DNA of 63,541 bases from a virus (Duplodnaviria > Caudoviricetes). The stretch covers positions 1-63,541 of IMG/VR virus record IMGVR_UViG_3300032322_001418; one strand, given 5' to 3'. The stretch's first letter is position 1. Each line of letters starts with the position of its first letter. Shown piece by piece: positions 35,874-46,336 of the stretch. A model generated the notes under the pieces. It saw nothing but the letters and a program-made list of their open reading frames with translations, made no database searches and had not been told where the DNA came from. The translations under genes and the position numbers were made by a program.

Positions 35874-38395
35874 TGACGCAGCAGCAGATCTTCAACCTGC
35901 CTATCGCGGCTGGCGTTTATACCGAGGAGACCGAGCGCGGCGCACAGGGTCGCTGGCACAAGGTTGACAAGGTGCGCTTCCGCAAAGGCCTGCCTGAAAA
36001 GATCGGCGGATGGGTCAAGATCAACCCGGACGATCCGCTGCTTGGCACGGCGCGGAAGATCATCGATTGGGTGTCGCTGGACGGCAAGAAATGGTCCGCC
36101 ATCGCCACTGAGCAGAAGCTGTACCTGTATCAGGACGGCACGCTCTACAACATCACCCCGATTCGCCGCACGGCCACCCTTACCGGCCCGTTTGCCACGA
36201 CCATCAACCAGCCAACGGTGGTGGTCACTGATGCCGCGCATGGCGCGCAGATCGGCGATTACGTCACTTTCGACGGCGCAACGGCTGTCGGCGGCCTGAC
36301 CATCGATGGCGAATACCGCGTCACTGCGGTGCTGACGCAGGACACGTATTCGATCACGGCCAGCAGCAATGCCAGCTCCACGGCTACCGGCGGTGGAACG
36401 GTCGAGGCGCAGTACGAGATCACGGTAGGCAGCGAGTCGAACGTGACTGGCCGGGGCTGGGGCACTGGCCGCTGGAGCGTCGGCACGTGGGGCACGCCGA
36501 GAACGGTGTCTGCGACCGTCATCTCGCTGCGCACGTGGTCGCTGGACAACTGGGGCGAGGACTTGATTGCCTCCCCGAGCGGCGGCGCAATCTACTGGTG
36601 GGACAGGACGAATGGCCCAACGTCGCGTGCCGTCAGGCTCGAAGCTGCCGGGACTCCGCTGTTCAACAACTTCGTGCTGGTCTCGCAGCGCGATCGGCAG
36701 ATCATCTCGTTCGGCAGCTACGACTACTTCAACAACAGGTTCGATCCGCTGCTGATCAGGTATTGCTCGCAGGAGGATTTCAACGACTGGATCCCCAACA
36801 ACCTGAACACCGCAGACGACATCCGCCTCTACCGTGGCTCGAAGCTAATCACGGCCGTCCGCGCTCGTGGCGAGATCGTGTTCTGGACTGACGTGTCCAT
36901 GCACTCGCTGGTGGCTGTCGGGCCGCCAGACGTGTTTGCCCTCAACACCATCGGCGAGAACGTCTCGATCCTCGGACCCATGGCGGCAATTGCCGTTGAT
37001 TACCGTGTGTTCATGATGGGCGAGGCCAACTTCTACATGTACGACGGTGTGCTGCGGGTGCTGCCGTGCGACGTGCGCAACTACGTCTACAACAACCTGA
37101 CCGTCAGCCAGAAGGACAAGGTGTACTGTGGGCTGAACCGCGAGTTCAACGAGATCTGGTGGTTCTACCCTGCCAACGATCCGTCACTGTGGCTCACTGC
37201 TGATTTCTCGCTCGACGCGCAGACCGACTCGTGGGACACGCAGTCCATGATCGGCTCGCCAGACTACACGATCGCCTACAACACTGGCGGCTTTGTCGAG
37301 CTGAGCACCTACACCGCCAGCAATGTCGATGCGGCGTATCTGCTGAAAACCAGCGCGCCGCTGGACGACATGAGTGCTGCTGAGTTCGAGGTGATGTTCA
37401 CCGTCAACTCGATCACTGGCGATGGCGGCCTGTCGATCCTGCCCTATGTGTCCGACTTCGCGACGGTCAATGGCACGTCGGCCGAGAATTTCCTCGGCCT
37501 AGCAGTGGAGCTGCGTGGCCAGCAGAATCAGGTGCGCTGGTCAAAGCGTGGTGCGGATGGCGCGTTCGCGACCCTCGACAACAATGTCACGGTAACGCTG
37601 AGCACCCTGCCGACACCGATCACCATCACTGTCGGCAGAACCTATGGCCTGATCGTCAGGCGCAGCGCCAACGTGCTGACTGCGTGGCTGTACGACGAGG
37701 CCAGTGGCACGACCCAGCAGGTCGGCGCAGTCACGCTGAGCAGCACCGAGATTGCCGCATACTCGACCTATGGCAGCGGCAAGACGGTCGGCTTCTCGCT
37801 GGCAACCATCGGCTCTGCCGGCACTGCTGTGGGGGCGTTTTCGGTCGAGTCGTTCCGGGCTGGCCCGGTCGGGACGCTGGTGAGCCCGGCATTCCGTGGC
37901 GCTGCTGACGAGGTGAACAGCTACGTCGCCTTCAACTACGAGGAAGGTACGTGGACCTACGGCTCGATGACCCGGACGGCATGGCAGGATCGCTCGCCGG
38001 TGTTCGAGAAGCCGTATGCGGCCAGCACGGATGGCTACCTGTACAAGCACGAGGTAGGCGTCGATGCTGACGGGCAGCCGATGACTGCCTTCATCGAGTC
38101 GTTCATGATGGAACTCCCAGAGGCTGGCGAGGAGCTGATGCACGTCAGCCAGCTGATCCCTGACTTCCTAACGCTGGAAGGGACGGTCAACGTCAGCATG
38201 CGCGGCCGGAAGTACCCTCAGGATCCAGTGCTGGTCTCGAAGGGGCCGTATCCGGTGTCCTCTGGTACTCGCAAGATCAGCCTGCGCGTCATGGCCCGCC
38301 AGATTGCGCTGCGGCTTGAATCATCGGCCATCGGCGACCGCTGGCGCTCTGGTCGCTGGCGCGGCCGGGCCGGAGCGCACGGTAAGCGTGGATGA
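35873..38395 (+). CDS. Tail nozzle/DNA stabilisation protein with internal insertion
   Basis: DKVRFRKGLPEKIGGW, WSLDNWGEDLI, IRYCSQED..DW, NEIWWFYP, RTAWQD, ARQIALRLES. Confidence 0.8.
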   Translation: MTQQQIFNLPIAAGVYTEETERGAQGRWHKVDKVRFRKGLPEKIGGWVKINPDDPLLGTARKIIDWVSLDGKKWSAIATEQKLYLYQDGTLYNITPIRRTATLTGPFATTINQPTVVVTDAAHGAQIGDYVTFDGATAVGGLTIDGEYRVTAVLTQDTYSITASSNASSTATGGGTVEAQYEITVGSESNVTGRGWGTGRWSVGTWGTPRTVSATVISLRTWSLDNWGEDLIASPSGGAIYWWDRTNGPTSRAVRLEAAGTPLFNNFVLVSQRDRQIISFGSYDYFNNRFDPLLIRYCSQEDFNDWIPNNLNTADDIRLYRGSKLITAVRARGEIVFWTDVSMHSLVAVGPPDVFALNTIGENVSILGPMAAIAVDYRVFMMGEANFYMYDGVLRVLPCDVRNYVYNNLTVSQKDKVYCGLNREFNEIWWFYPANDPSLWLTADFSLDAQTDSWDTQSMIGSPDYTIAYNTGGFVELSTYTASNVDAAYLLKTSAPLDDMSAAEFEVMFTVNSITGDGGLSILPYVSDFATVNGTSAENFLGLAVELRGQQNQVRWSKRGADGAFATLDNNVTVTLSTLPTPITITVGRTYGLIVRRSANVLTAWLYDEASGTTQQVGAVTLSSTEIAAYSTYGSGKTVGFSLATIGSAGTAVGAFSVESFRAGPVGTLVSPAFRGAADEVNSYVAFNYEEGTWTYGSMTRTAWQDRSPVFEKPYAASTDGYLYKHEVGVDADGQPMTAFIESFMMELPEAGEELMHVSQLIPDFLTLEGTVNVSMRGRKYPQDPVLVSKGPYPVSSGTRKISLRVMARQIALRLESSAIGDRWRSGRWRGRAGAHGKRG

Positions 38396-41300
38396 CCAGA
38401 CAGCGCAACGCGGAAACCCTGCCGGCATTCCACGAGGAGACGTATGTCCCTTACAAGATGCGGCAGTTTTCATCGATCGTGGAGCGCCGCCTGCAGGCGC
38501 TGGAAACGATCGCCTATGCGGACGATGACCCCGAGGAGGAGTCACTGTCAGATCGGTATGCGCTGGTCGGGCATACCCACGACGCCAGTGAGATCTCCGG
38601 GCTAGGCTCGTACCTGACGAGCCTCAGTAGCGAGTCGATCTTTGGCCTCGGCGATGTAGACCCTTCCACGGGCGGCCCCAATCCGGGCGATACGCTGGTA
38701 TGGGATGGCACTCGCTTCGTCACTGGCGCAACTGGTGCGTCACTGACGGCATCCCAGCTGCTGTCGCTGCTGCTGACGGTTGATGGCTCCGGGTCTGGTC
38801 TGGATGCCGACCTGCTGGACGGCCAGAGTTCGGCCTATTACCGGAACGTCGCAAACCTGACTGGCGTGCTGTCCACGCCGCAGGGTGGAACTGGGCTTAG
38901 CGGCTATACCCTTGGGAATATCCTCTACGCCTCGGCCACGGACACCCTGTCGGCGCTGCCCGGCAACACCACGACCAGCCGTCGCTGGCTGAGGCAGACG
39001 GGCACTGGAACGGTCTCCGCTGCGCCTGCATGGGACGACATCGGCTACACGGATGTCGGCAGCGTGCCGACTTCGAGGATCGCTGGCCGAATCACCGCTG
39101 GCACGGGCGCTCTGGAGGCGCTGACGGGCACGCAGGCCACGACCCTGTTGGACACCTTCACCTCTGGGCTGAAGGGGCTAGCGCCGTCCTCCGGCGGCGG
39201 CACGACCAACTACCTCCGGGCTGATGGGACATGGGCGTCGCCGCCCGGGGTCACGGATCTCAGCTACACGGCTTCGACTCGCCTGCTGGCCAGCAGCACT
39301 GGGGCGGATGTCACCCTGCCGCTATTCAGCAGCGCTGACGCAGGCCTGTCTCCGGCCAGCGGCGGTGGAACCACCAACTACCTGCGCGCAGACGGAACGT
39401 GGGCTGCCCCTCCGGGCGTCACCGACCTCGGCTACACGGCATCGACCAGACTGTTGACGAGCAGCACCGGCGCGGACGTGACGCTCCCGCTGGTCTCCAG
39501 TTCAGATGCCGGCCTTGCCCCGGCCAGTGGTGGTGGCACGTCCAACTTCCTGCGCGCGGATGGCACTTGGGTGGCACCGCCGACCGGTGGTGTTACTGAT
39601 GGAGACAAGGGAGACATCACCGTCAGCGGTAGCGGCGCTACGTGGACTGTTGACAGTGGAGCGGTTTCTTACTCGAAGATCCAAGACGCTGCAGCAACGT
39701 CGGTGCTTGGTCGTAGCGCTGGCACGACTGGTGTTCTGGCTGACATTGTTGCTGCTAGTGACGGTCACGTTCTCCGCCGCGCATCTGGCGCTCTCGGTTT
39801 TGGGACGATCCCGTCCACTACTGTGACCGGCCTCGCGGCCATCGCAACGTCTGGCAGCGGTGCCGACCTGTCCAATTCGTCGGTGACCTACGGCAAGATC
39901 CAGAACGTCTCCGCGACCAATCGCCTGCTGGGCAGGTCCACGGCTGGCGCTGGGTCCGTCGAGGAAATCACGGTCGGCGGCGACATTTCTCAGTCTGGCA
40001 GCACGTTCACCATCGGCACCAATGTGGTGTCGCTGACAAAGATCCAGCAGATCGCTACTGCCTCGTTCCTTGGTCGCGTTACTGCCGGCACTGGCAACAC
40101 CGAGGTGTTGAGCGGTACGCAGGCAACCACGCTACTGGATACGTTCACGTCCGGCCTGAAGGGTCTCGTTCCGGCATCCGGAGGTGGCACCACCAACTTC
40201 CTGCGGGCTGATGGATCGTGGGCGGCTCCTCCGGTCGCTGGAAGTCCGGCGCTTGATGATCTGACAGACGTGACCATCACGTCGGCAGTGACCGGCAACG
40301 TGTTGCGCTATAACGGCACGGCATGGGTCAACTATGCCGACTCAAACTATGCCGCTGCATCGCACGTGCATTCTGGTGGAGACATCACTACTGGCACTGT
40401 TGCTGATGCCCGCCTGTCCTCGAATGTGGCGCTGCGGAACGCCGACAACAACTTTTCAGTAAGCCAGACGGTCGCTGCCCAGACGTTTACAGTGGCTCCG
40501 GCCAGCGGTGCGGCGCAGGTCCGCATCACTCCATCGTCAGGCAACCAAGCGCAGATTCTGTACGACCTCCCCGGCAGCGGTTCCTTCGTCATCAGGGACA
40601 TGACTGCATCTGCTGATCGCCTGCAGATCACGTCTGCCGGTGCGTTCATATTGGGCGGCAACGTCACTGTGACCGCTGCGACTCACCTGTTCAACAGTGG
40701 CGTTGACTCTACTGGCACGTTCACGCTGGGCTCTACGTCTGCGATCAGCCGCGAGCAGCGGTTCAGGCTGGTCAACTCAGTGCTGACGGCTGGTGTCGAT
40801 TTTGTGCTGGCTGGCCCCGGCGATAGATATGGCATCTACGACCGAAATGGCACTGCTGGCTGGGCGATGAATATCGAGGCGTCCACCAGAAACGTCATCT
40901 TCTCTGGCACTGTCACCGGGACGACGTTCTCTGGTAGCGGCGCATCGCTCACGAGCCTGAACGCCAGCAACCTGTCCACTGGCACAGTGGCGGATGCGCG
41001 GCTGTCCAGCAACGTGGCCTTGCGCGACGCGTCAAACACGTTCACCGCCACGTCAAATACTTGGAAGGCTACGTCTGGTTCTACGTATCTGCAGCTCCGC
41101 AAGAGCGTTGACACTGAGTACGCCGGCATCCTGTTCCAGAACGAGGGCAACGTCACCCGGTTCAACCTGTACGAGCGCAACTCTACTGACGACAACCTGA
41201 CGCTCTCGTACTACAACGACTCTGGCGTCTATCAGGGCGACGTTCTTGCGGTCGCCTCGTCCAATGGCGCAGTGACGATCACGCCGGCGACGACCATCAA

Positions 41301-43806
41301 CGGCGCGCTCACGGCACGTGGTGGAGCGACGTTCGCGCCGATTGGCACTTGGGATGTTCGTATCGAAGCCGCGACGGCTGACACTTCAGCCCCGCGCATC
41401 CAGTCGTACAACACCAAGCCTCTGTACCTGAACGAGCTTGGCAACGCAGTCATTGTCGGTTCTGGCGGTCTATCTACTTCCGGCACGCTTTCTGCTACTG
41501 GAGTCGTCAGTGGTGCCGGCTTCATCGTGGAAGGCACGACCACGGTCCCAAGGCTCGACATAGATAGCAATGGCTACTTTGTCACGACCAAAACCACCGT
41601 AACTGGTGGATGGGCGCGCGGATCGGTAGCACGCAATAGCAGCGGCACCAGAATGGGCGGTATCGGTTTCCTCGGAAATGCCGAAACGCTTACGTCGGTG
41701 CGTCTTGGTATTGGTGCTGACTGGTGGACGGACGGCACCAACGTGCTGGCCGGCTCTGCCTCTGCAATCAGCATTGGCAGCGCAACACTGAACCAGACGA
41801 TCACGTTCCCCGGAAGTGGCAATGTAACCATGAACGGAACGTCACTGACGCTGCAAACTGCAGCGCCAATACTTCAGTTCATTGAGTCAGACCAAAGCGC
41901 CGATAACCAGCGATGGGCTCTAGTTAGCAATGCCTCAATGTTTTCAGTGCGTGCTTATGACAGCACTGGCGCAAACAGCAAGTACGCCATTCAATTCAAT
42001 AGAAGCGGTTTCGCGCTGACCGGGTTTATTTTTGGTAATACGACCGACAACCCGACGTATACCTTTGACGGCTCTGGCACAGCCACGTTCAACGGCAACG
42101 TAAGCATTAGCCCCGACAGGAAACTGTCGTTTGGCAGCAATGCTCGTCAGATGCTGGAGCTATGGGGTACTTCCTATGCGCTAGGCGTGCAGGCTGGAAC
42201 GATCTATTTCAGATCTGGGCAGCGGTTTTCGTGGCATCTCAATGGTGTGCATAGCAGCACTGAGAATGACCCCGGCTCTGGCGGCACCAACTTGATGACG
42301 ATGATCTCCAGCGGCCTGACAGTCAATACTGGAGCGGCCACGCTGACTCGCCTTGATGCCGGCCAGTCGTTCCTCGACATTGGCGACGTAACAAACTCGA
42401 CAAGCTACCGACTGCGCATGCGTCGCAGCAACGGTGGCATTGCGGCAGAGCAGGACTGGTACGTCGTCTCTGGTAACGCGCCTGTTTATCAGTACATCGA
42501 AAACGGTGTTTACACTGGTGAACGTGCAGGTACGGTAACGTCCACGAATTCCTACCGGCCGTACTACGAAAGCTTTGTGTCGTCAGTCGGCACTCGTGAG
42601 TTTGGCTTTGTCAACCTGACGACCGGCAACTTTACTGCGACCAACATGATCCCTGCGATCACGCTGGTCGCATCTGATGGCAACGTCGTCATTGGCCCCG
42701 CCACTGGTGCTGCATCGTCGTACACAGTGCGGGCAACTAATGCCACTGGTACCGACGTGACCGGCTCGACGCTGAACATCAATGCCGGACGCGGCACTGG
42801 CACCGGCGCAAGTGGCAGCATCGTATTCAGCACTGGGCCGGGTGGCTCTACTGGGTCGTCTCTCAACAATCTGACTGAACGCCTGCTCCTTACGTCATCC
42901 GCGATCAATATGACCGCTGGTGCCGCGCAGCTGCTGAATTTGTACGCTGGATCGACTCAAGACCACGTGTACATTGCGTTCTACGCAGACTCCGGATCGC
43001 AAAGCACGCGGTCTGGATTCTTCGGGTACAGCAGCGGTGGCACTTCAGACATGACGCTGCAGAACGAGATGACCAATGGGTCTATCTTCATCAGGCCGAA
43101 TGGCACTGGCGTTGCGCGCGTCACTGGTTCCACCAATCCGTCGTTGTCCGTCCTAGATGGGACGGTCAACACCAAGGTCCAGTCAATCACTGGCGATGCA
43201 GGTTATCTTGGAACACAGTCCAACGACGCCCTCAAGATCGTCACCAACAACACTGCAAGGCTGACGATTGCGGCCACTGGCGAATCGACGTTTGCAGCGC
43301 AGATTCGTGGTGCTGACGGCAGTGCATCGGCTCCGTCCTATGGATTCTCAAGCAATACCGACGTTGGGTTCTACTACGCCAGTGGATACATCTATGCGTC
43401 GTATGACAACTCTGACGTGGCTCGTTTTTGCTCTAGGGCAAACGGCTCTCTGGAGGTCTACGACGAAGGCGGAGGCGGGCCGCATGATGTGGGCTGGCGC
43501 GACATCCCGCAGAACTCCCAGTCGTCATCGTACACGCTGGCTCTTTCGGATCGCGGCAAGCACATCAGCATCACGACTGGTGGCGTCACCATCCCCGCCA
43601 ACGGCACGGTGGCATTCCCTGTCGGATCTGCTGTCACCATCTACAACAACTCAGGATCCAACCAGACGATCTCGATCACGACGGACACCTTGCGGCTGGC
43701 TGGGTCTGCAACGACCGGATCGAGGACACTTGCCCAGTATGGCGTCGCAACCGTGCTGAAGGTGGCAAGCACGACGTGGGTCATCAGCGGTGCGGGCGTT
43801 ACCTGA
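38392..43806 (+). CDS. Long mosaic tail fibre (1804 aa)
   Basis: HTHDASEI, DGSGSGLDADLLDG, tandem NYLRADGTW repeats, C-terminal IPQNSQSSSYTLALSDRGK...WVISG. Confidence 0.88.
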   Translation: MTRQRNAETLPAFHEETYVPYKMRQFSSIVERRLQALETIAYADDDPEEESLSDRYALVGHTHDASEISGLGSYLTSLSSESIFGLGDVDPSTGGPNPGDTLVWDGTRFVTGATGASLTASQLLSLLLTVDGSGSGLDADLLDGQSSAYYRNVANLTGVLSTPQGGTGLSGYTLGNILYASATDTLSALPGNTTTSRRWLRQTGTGTVSAAPAWDDIGYTDVGSVPTSRIAGRITAGTGALEALTGTQATTLLDTFTSGLKGLAPSSGGGTTNYLRADGTWASPPGVTDLSYTASTRLLASSTGADVTLPLFSSADAGLSPASGGGTTNYLRADGTWAAPPGVTDLGYTASTRLLTSSTGADVTLPLVSSSDAGLAPASGGGTSNFLRADGTWVAPPTGGVTDGDKGDITVSGSGATWTVDSGAVSYSKIQDAAATSVLGRSAGTTGVLADIVAASDGHVLRRASGALGFGTIPSTTVTGLAAIATSGSGADLSNSSVTYGKIQNVSATNRLLGRSTAGAGSVEEITVGGDISQSGSTFTIGTNVVSLTKIQQIATASFLGRVTAGTGNTEVLSGTQATTLLDTFTSGLKGLVPASGGGTTNFLRADGSWAAPPVAGSPALDDLTDVTITSAVTGNVLRYNGTAWVNYADSNYAAASHVHSGGDITTGTVADARLSSNVALRNADNNFSVSQTVAAQTFTVAPASGAAQVRITPSSGNQAQILYDLPGSGSFVIRDMTASADRLQITSAGAFILGGNVTVTAATHLFNSGVDSTGTFTLGSTSAISREQRFRLVNSVLTAGVDFVLAGPGDRYGIYDRNGTAGWAMNIEASTRNVIFSGTVTGTTFSGSGASLTSLNASNLSTGTVADARLSSNVALRDASNTFTATSNTWKATSGSTYLQLRKSVDTEYAGILFQNEGNVTRFNLYERNSTDDNLTLSYYNDSGVYQGDVLAVASSNGAVTITPATTINGALTARGGATFAPIGTWDVRIEAATADTSAPRIQSYNTKPLYLNELGNAVIVGSGGLSTSGTLSATGVVSGAGFIVEGTTTVPRLDIDSNGYFVTTKTTVTGGWARGSVARNSSGTRMGGIGFLGNAETLTSVRLGIGADWWTDGTNVLAGSASAISIGSATLNQTITFPGSGNVTMNGTSLTLQTAAPILQFIESDQSADNQRWALVSNASMFSVRAYDSTGANSKYAIQFNRSGFALTGFIFGNTTDNPTYTFDGSGTATFNGNVSISPDRKLSFGSNARQMLELWGTSYALGVQAGTIYFRSGQRFSWHLNGVHSSTENDPGSGGTNLMTMISSGLTVNTGAATLTRLDAGQSFLDIGDVTNSTSYRLRMRRSNGGIAAEQDWYVVSGNAPVYQYIENGVYTGERAGTVTSTNSYRPYYESFVSSVGTREFGFVNLTTGNFTATNMIPAITLVASDGNVVIGPATGAASSYTVRATNATGTDVTGSTLNINAGRGTGTGASGSIVFSTGPGGSTGSSLNNLTERLLLTSSAINMTAGAAQLLNLYAGSTQDHVYIAFYADSGSQSTRSGFFGYSSGGTSDMTLQNEMTNGSIFIRPNGTGVARVTGSTNPSLSVLDGTVNTKVQSITGDAGYLGTQSNDALKIVTNNTARLTIAATGESTFAAQIRGADGSASAPSYGFSSNTDVGFYYASGYIYASYDNSDVARFCSRANGSLEVYDEGGGGPHDVGWRDIPQNSQSSSYTLALSDRGKHISITTGGVTIPANGTVAFPVGSAVTIYNNSGSNQTISITTDTLRLAGSATTGSRTLAQYGVATVLKVASTTWVISGAGVT
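39193..39590 (+). repeat. Tandem 168-bp (56-aa) repeat inside the tail fibre
   Basis: GGGT(T/S)N(Y/F)LRADGTW units start at 39193, 39361 and 39529. Confidence 0.8.
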
Positions 43807-44441
43807 TGGGCATTCAGCAAGCACTGCTGTTCGCCAACACCTCGTTCACGCCTGTTGAATTCGAGTACAGCGGCAGTGGCAGCGGCAACGTGACTGTGCC
43901 GAGCGGCGCGACGCAGGTCATCGTAGAGGTGTGGGGGCCGGGCGGCGGCGGTGGTGGTGGAACCAGCGTTGCCCCTGAGAATGGCGGCGGCGGTGGCGGC
44001 GGTGGCGGATACGTCAAGATCACCAAGTCGCTGACCAGCGGCGATGCCGGCAAGACGATCTCCTACTCGATCGGATCTGGCGGCAGCGCTGGCGGGGTGG
44101 ACACCACTGGCGGCAATGGCAGCGCGAACACCACGTCGAGTGCCAGCTCGTTCTCGTTCGGGTCGTTCACCCTGACCGCAGGTCTTGGTAACGGCGGATT
44201 GCGTGGCTCGCTGGGTGGCACCGGCGGCAACGGAGGTACGGCCAGCGGCGGAGACACCAACACGCCCGGCAATGCCGGCGACGCCGGCGACAATGTGTAT
44301 CCGCCGGCTGACGGCGGCGCGGGCGGGCAAGGCATTGTTGGTGACCTGTCGGAAAGTGCCGGTTCCGGCGGTACCGGTGGAGCTCACGGCAACGTCGGCA
44401 CGCCGGGATCTGGTGGCAAGGCGAAATTCAGGTTCACATGA
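43806..44441 (+). CDS. Glycine-rich tail-fibre-associated protein
   Basis: TVPSGATQVIVEVWGPGGGGG...GGGGGGGGY. Confidence 0.75.
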   Translation: MGIQQALLFANTSFTPVEFEYSGSGSGNVTVPSGATQVIVEVWGPGGGGGGGTSVAPENGGGGGGGGGYVKITKSLTSGDAGKTISYSIGSGGSAGGVDTTGGNGSANTTSSASSFSFGSFTLTAGLGNGGLRGSLGGTGGNGGTASGGDTNTPGNAGDAGDNVYPPADGGAGGQGIVGDLSESAGSGGTGGAHGNVGTPGSGGKAKFRFT

Positions 44442-44452
44442 GGAGGCGTTCC

Positions 44453-44938
44453 ATGACCGGCAATCTGCTGATCGACATCACGATCGCCATTGCGCTGATC
44501 GGCGCTCTGCTGTTCTACGTTTCAAGGAAGCTGCGGCGCGAGGTGGAACGGCGCAACACCCCAGTTGCAAAGGACAAGCCAGTTGTTGAAAAGCCGCAGG
44601 ACGTGAATCAGGTTGGTCCATAAGCAAAGGGGCATGCTGCCATGGCGACGTATCAAGAACTGCATGAATTGACGACGGACGTGACGCTGCTGCAACGTGT
44701 AACCATGGCTGTGGTTATTGCGTGCAACACCATTCGCTCTGAGCCCGCCGATACCGAGCACCATGCTGCCCGGCTCACGTGGGCGCTGAATGCGCTGACA
44801 AATCCTGACGGCATGGCTAGGCAGCTGCTGTGGATCCTGCTGGCTCAGTACAAGGATCTGACGGTGACGCAGATCATTGATTCGACTGATGAGGATCTGC
44901 AATCGGCCGTCCTTGGGGCTGTCGATCTTTACCGCTAA
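44453..44938 (+). CDS. Small TM protein (44453-44623) and hypothetical protein (44642-44938)
   Basis: GGAGG RBS, hydrophobic N-terminus; packed ORFs. Confidence 0.6.
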
Positions 44939-44958
44939 CTGAAGGGGGAGAAGGGGGA

Positions 44959-45447
44959 ATGGCGAAGATTTCAATCAGGGTTGCGAGGGCTGTCGATGCC
45001 TCCAACCTGTATCGGCTGCTGGAGGAGGTTCACTCAGAATCTCCGCAGTATCCGCCGGTGGACCCGGCCATGGGCCTGCGCTGGGTGACAGACACCTTGT
45101 GCGACGGGTACGTGATTGTTGCGGATTTGTCTGGCAGACTGATAGGGTCTCTGGCACTGACCAACTACCAGTTCCCGTGGTCGCGGCGCTGGTATCTGTA
45201 CCTCGAATGGCTCGCGGTGTACAAGCGGTTCAGGGCAGAGGGCGCGTTTGATGCACTGATGGCGGCGGCTCACGCATACGCTGATGAGCTGAAGGCTCCC
45301 ATCCTCGCTGGTGTCTCTGCGTCTGGGAAGGATGTGTTCATCAAGGACCGTCTGATCCAGACGCGTGGGTATACCTACATCGGGGGATCTTTCATCAGGA
45401 GTGCCGCCAATGGGCAGCAGCAAGAAAAAGACCAAGCAAGTCTATAA
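44959..45447 (+). CDS. GNAT-family acetyltransferase
   Basis: IRVARAVD, LIGSLAL, LEWLAVYKRFRAEGAFDALMAAAHAYA. Confidence 0.8.
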   Translation: MAKISIRVARAVDASNLYRLLEEVHSESPQYPPVDPAMGLRWVTDTLCDGYVIVADLSGRLIGSLALTNYQFPWSRRWYLYLEWLAVYKRFRAEGAFDALMAAAHAYADELKAPILAGVSASGKDVFIKDRLIQTRGYTYIGGSFIRSAANGQQQEKDQASL

Positions 45448-46321
45448 GCCGCCGGAGTGGGTCGAGGACGCGTCCAAGCAGGCCATTGGGCTTGGGCGTC
45501 AGATCGGCTCGCAGGCCTATGAATCCTACGGTGGCGACCGTGTGGCGGGGCTGTCTGAGAACGAGCAGCGCGCTTTGACGCTGGCCGGGCAGTCCGAAGG
45601 CCAGTGGAAGCGCTACCTCGACCAAGGTGAGGCAGCGCTGAGCCGCATGGGCGAGCGCTTCACCGATACGGACATTCAGGGCTACATGAACCCCTACATC
45701 AGGGGTGCGCTGGAACCTGCCGCCCGAGAGGTGCGCGAGTCTGGCGCGCGTCGTCTTGCCGACTTGCGCGCCACCCGAGCCCAGCGAGATGCCTTTGGTG
45801 GCTCGCGTGGTGCGCTTCTCGAATCAGAGGCGCAGCGTGGAACAGAGCAGACGCTGAGCGATCTGTACGCTCGCGGCTATGGCCAAGCCTTCGAGTCGGC
45901 TGCCGATCGCTGGGAGCGAGACCGGGCGGTCGGCATGCAGGAGGCACAGGGCTACAACGTGCTGGCGCAGCTCTATCAGGACGCCACCCAAGCCGACATC
46001 AACGCCCTAATGACGACGGGTGCCACGGATCGAACGATCCGGCAGTCGCTGGCCGACTTCGACTACCAGCAGTTCAGGGAGGGGCGTGACTGGGACGTGC
46101 GCAATCTGGCTGGCCTGCTGTCGGCCATCCAAGGCACGCAGGGTTCCTATTCCACCACGACCACGACCACTGAGAAGCAGAGTGGCGGGGCTGCCAGTCA
46201 GCTCCTCGGCTTGGCGGCCACGATCGGTGGCGCGGTCATGACGGGTGGTGCCAGTCTTGCCACGCTGGGTGGCGCACTGTCTACCGCTGGCCAGAGCGTG
46301 CTTGGCGGCAAGCAGACGTAA
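45410..46321 (+). CDS. Internal virion/ejection protein
   Basis: YESYGGDRVAGLS, YMNPY, AFGGSRGALLE, C-terminal Gly/Ala hydrophobic tail. Confidence 0.75.
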   Translation: MGSSKKKTKQVYKPPEWVEDASKQAIGLGRQIGSQAYESYGGDRVAGLSENEQRALTLAGQSEGQWKRYLDQGEAALSRMGERFTDTDIQGYMNPYIRGALEPAAREVRESGARRLADLRATRAQRDAFGGSRGALLESEAQRGTEQTLSDLYARGYGQAFESAADRWERDRAVGMQEAQGYNVLAQLYQDATQADINALMTTGATDRTIRQSLADFDYQQFREGRDWDVRNLAGLLSAIQGTQGSYSTTTTTTEKQSGGAASQLLGLAATIGGAVMTGGASLATLGGALSTAGQSVLGGKQT

Positions 46322-46336
46322 CCGGGGGTTCTAGCC

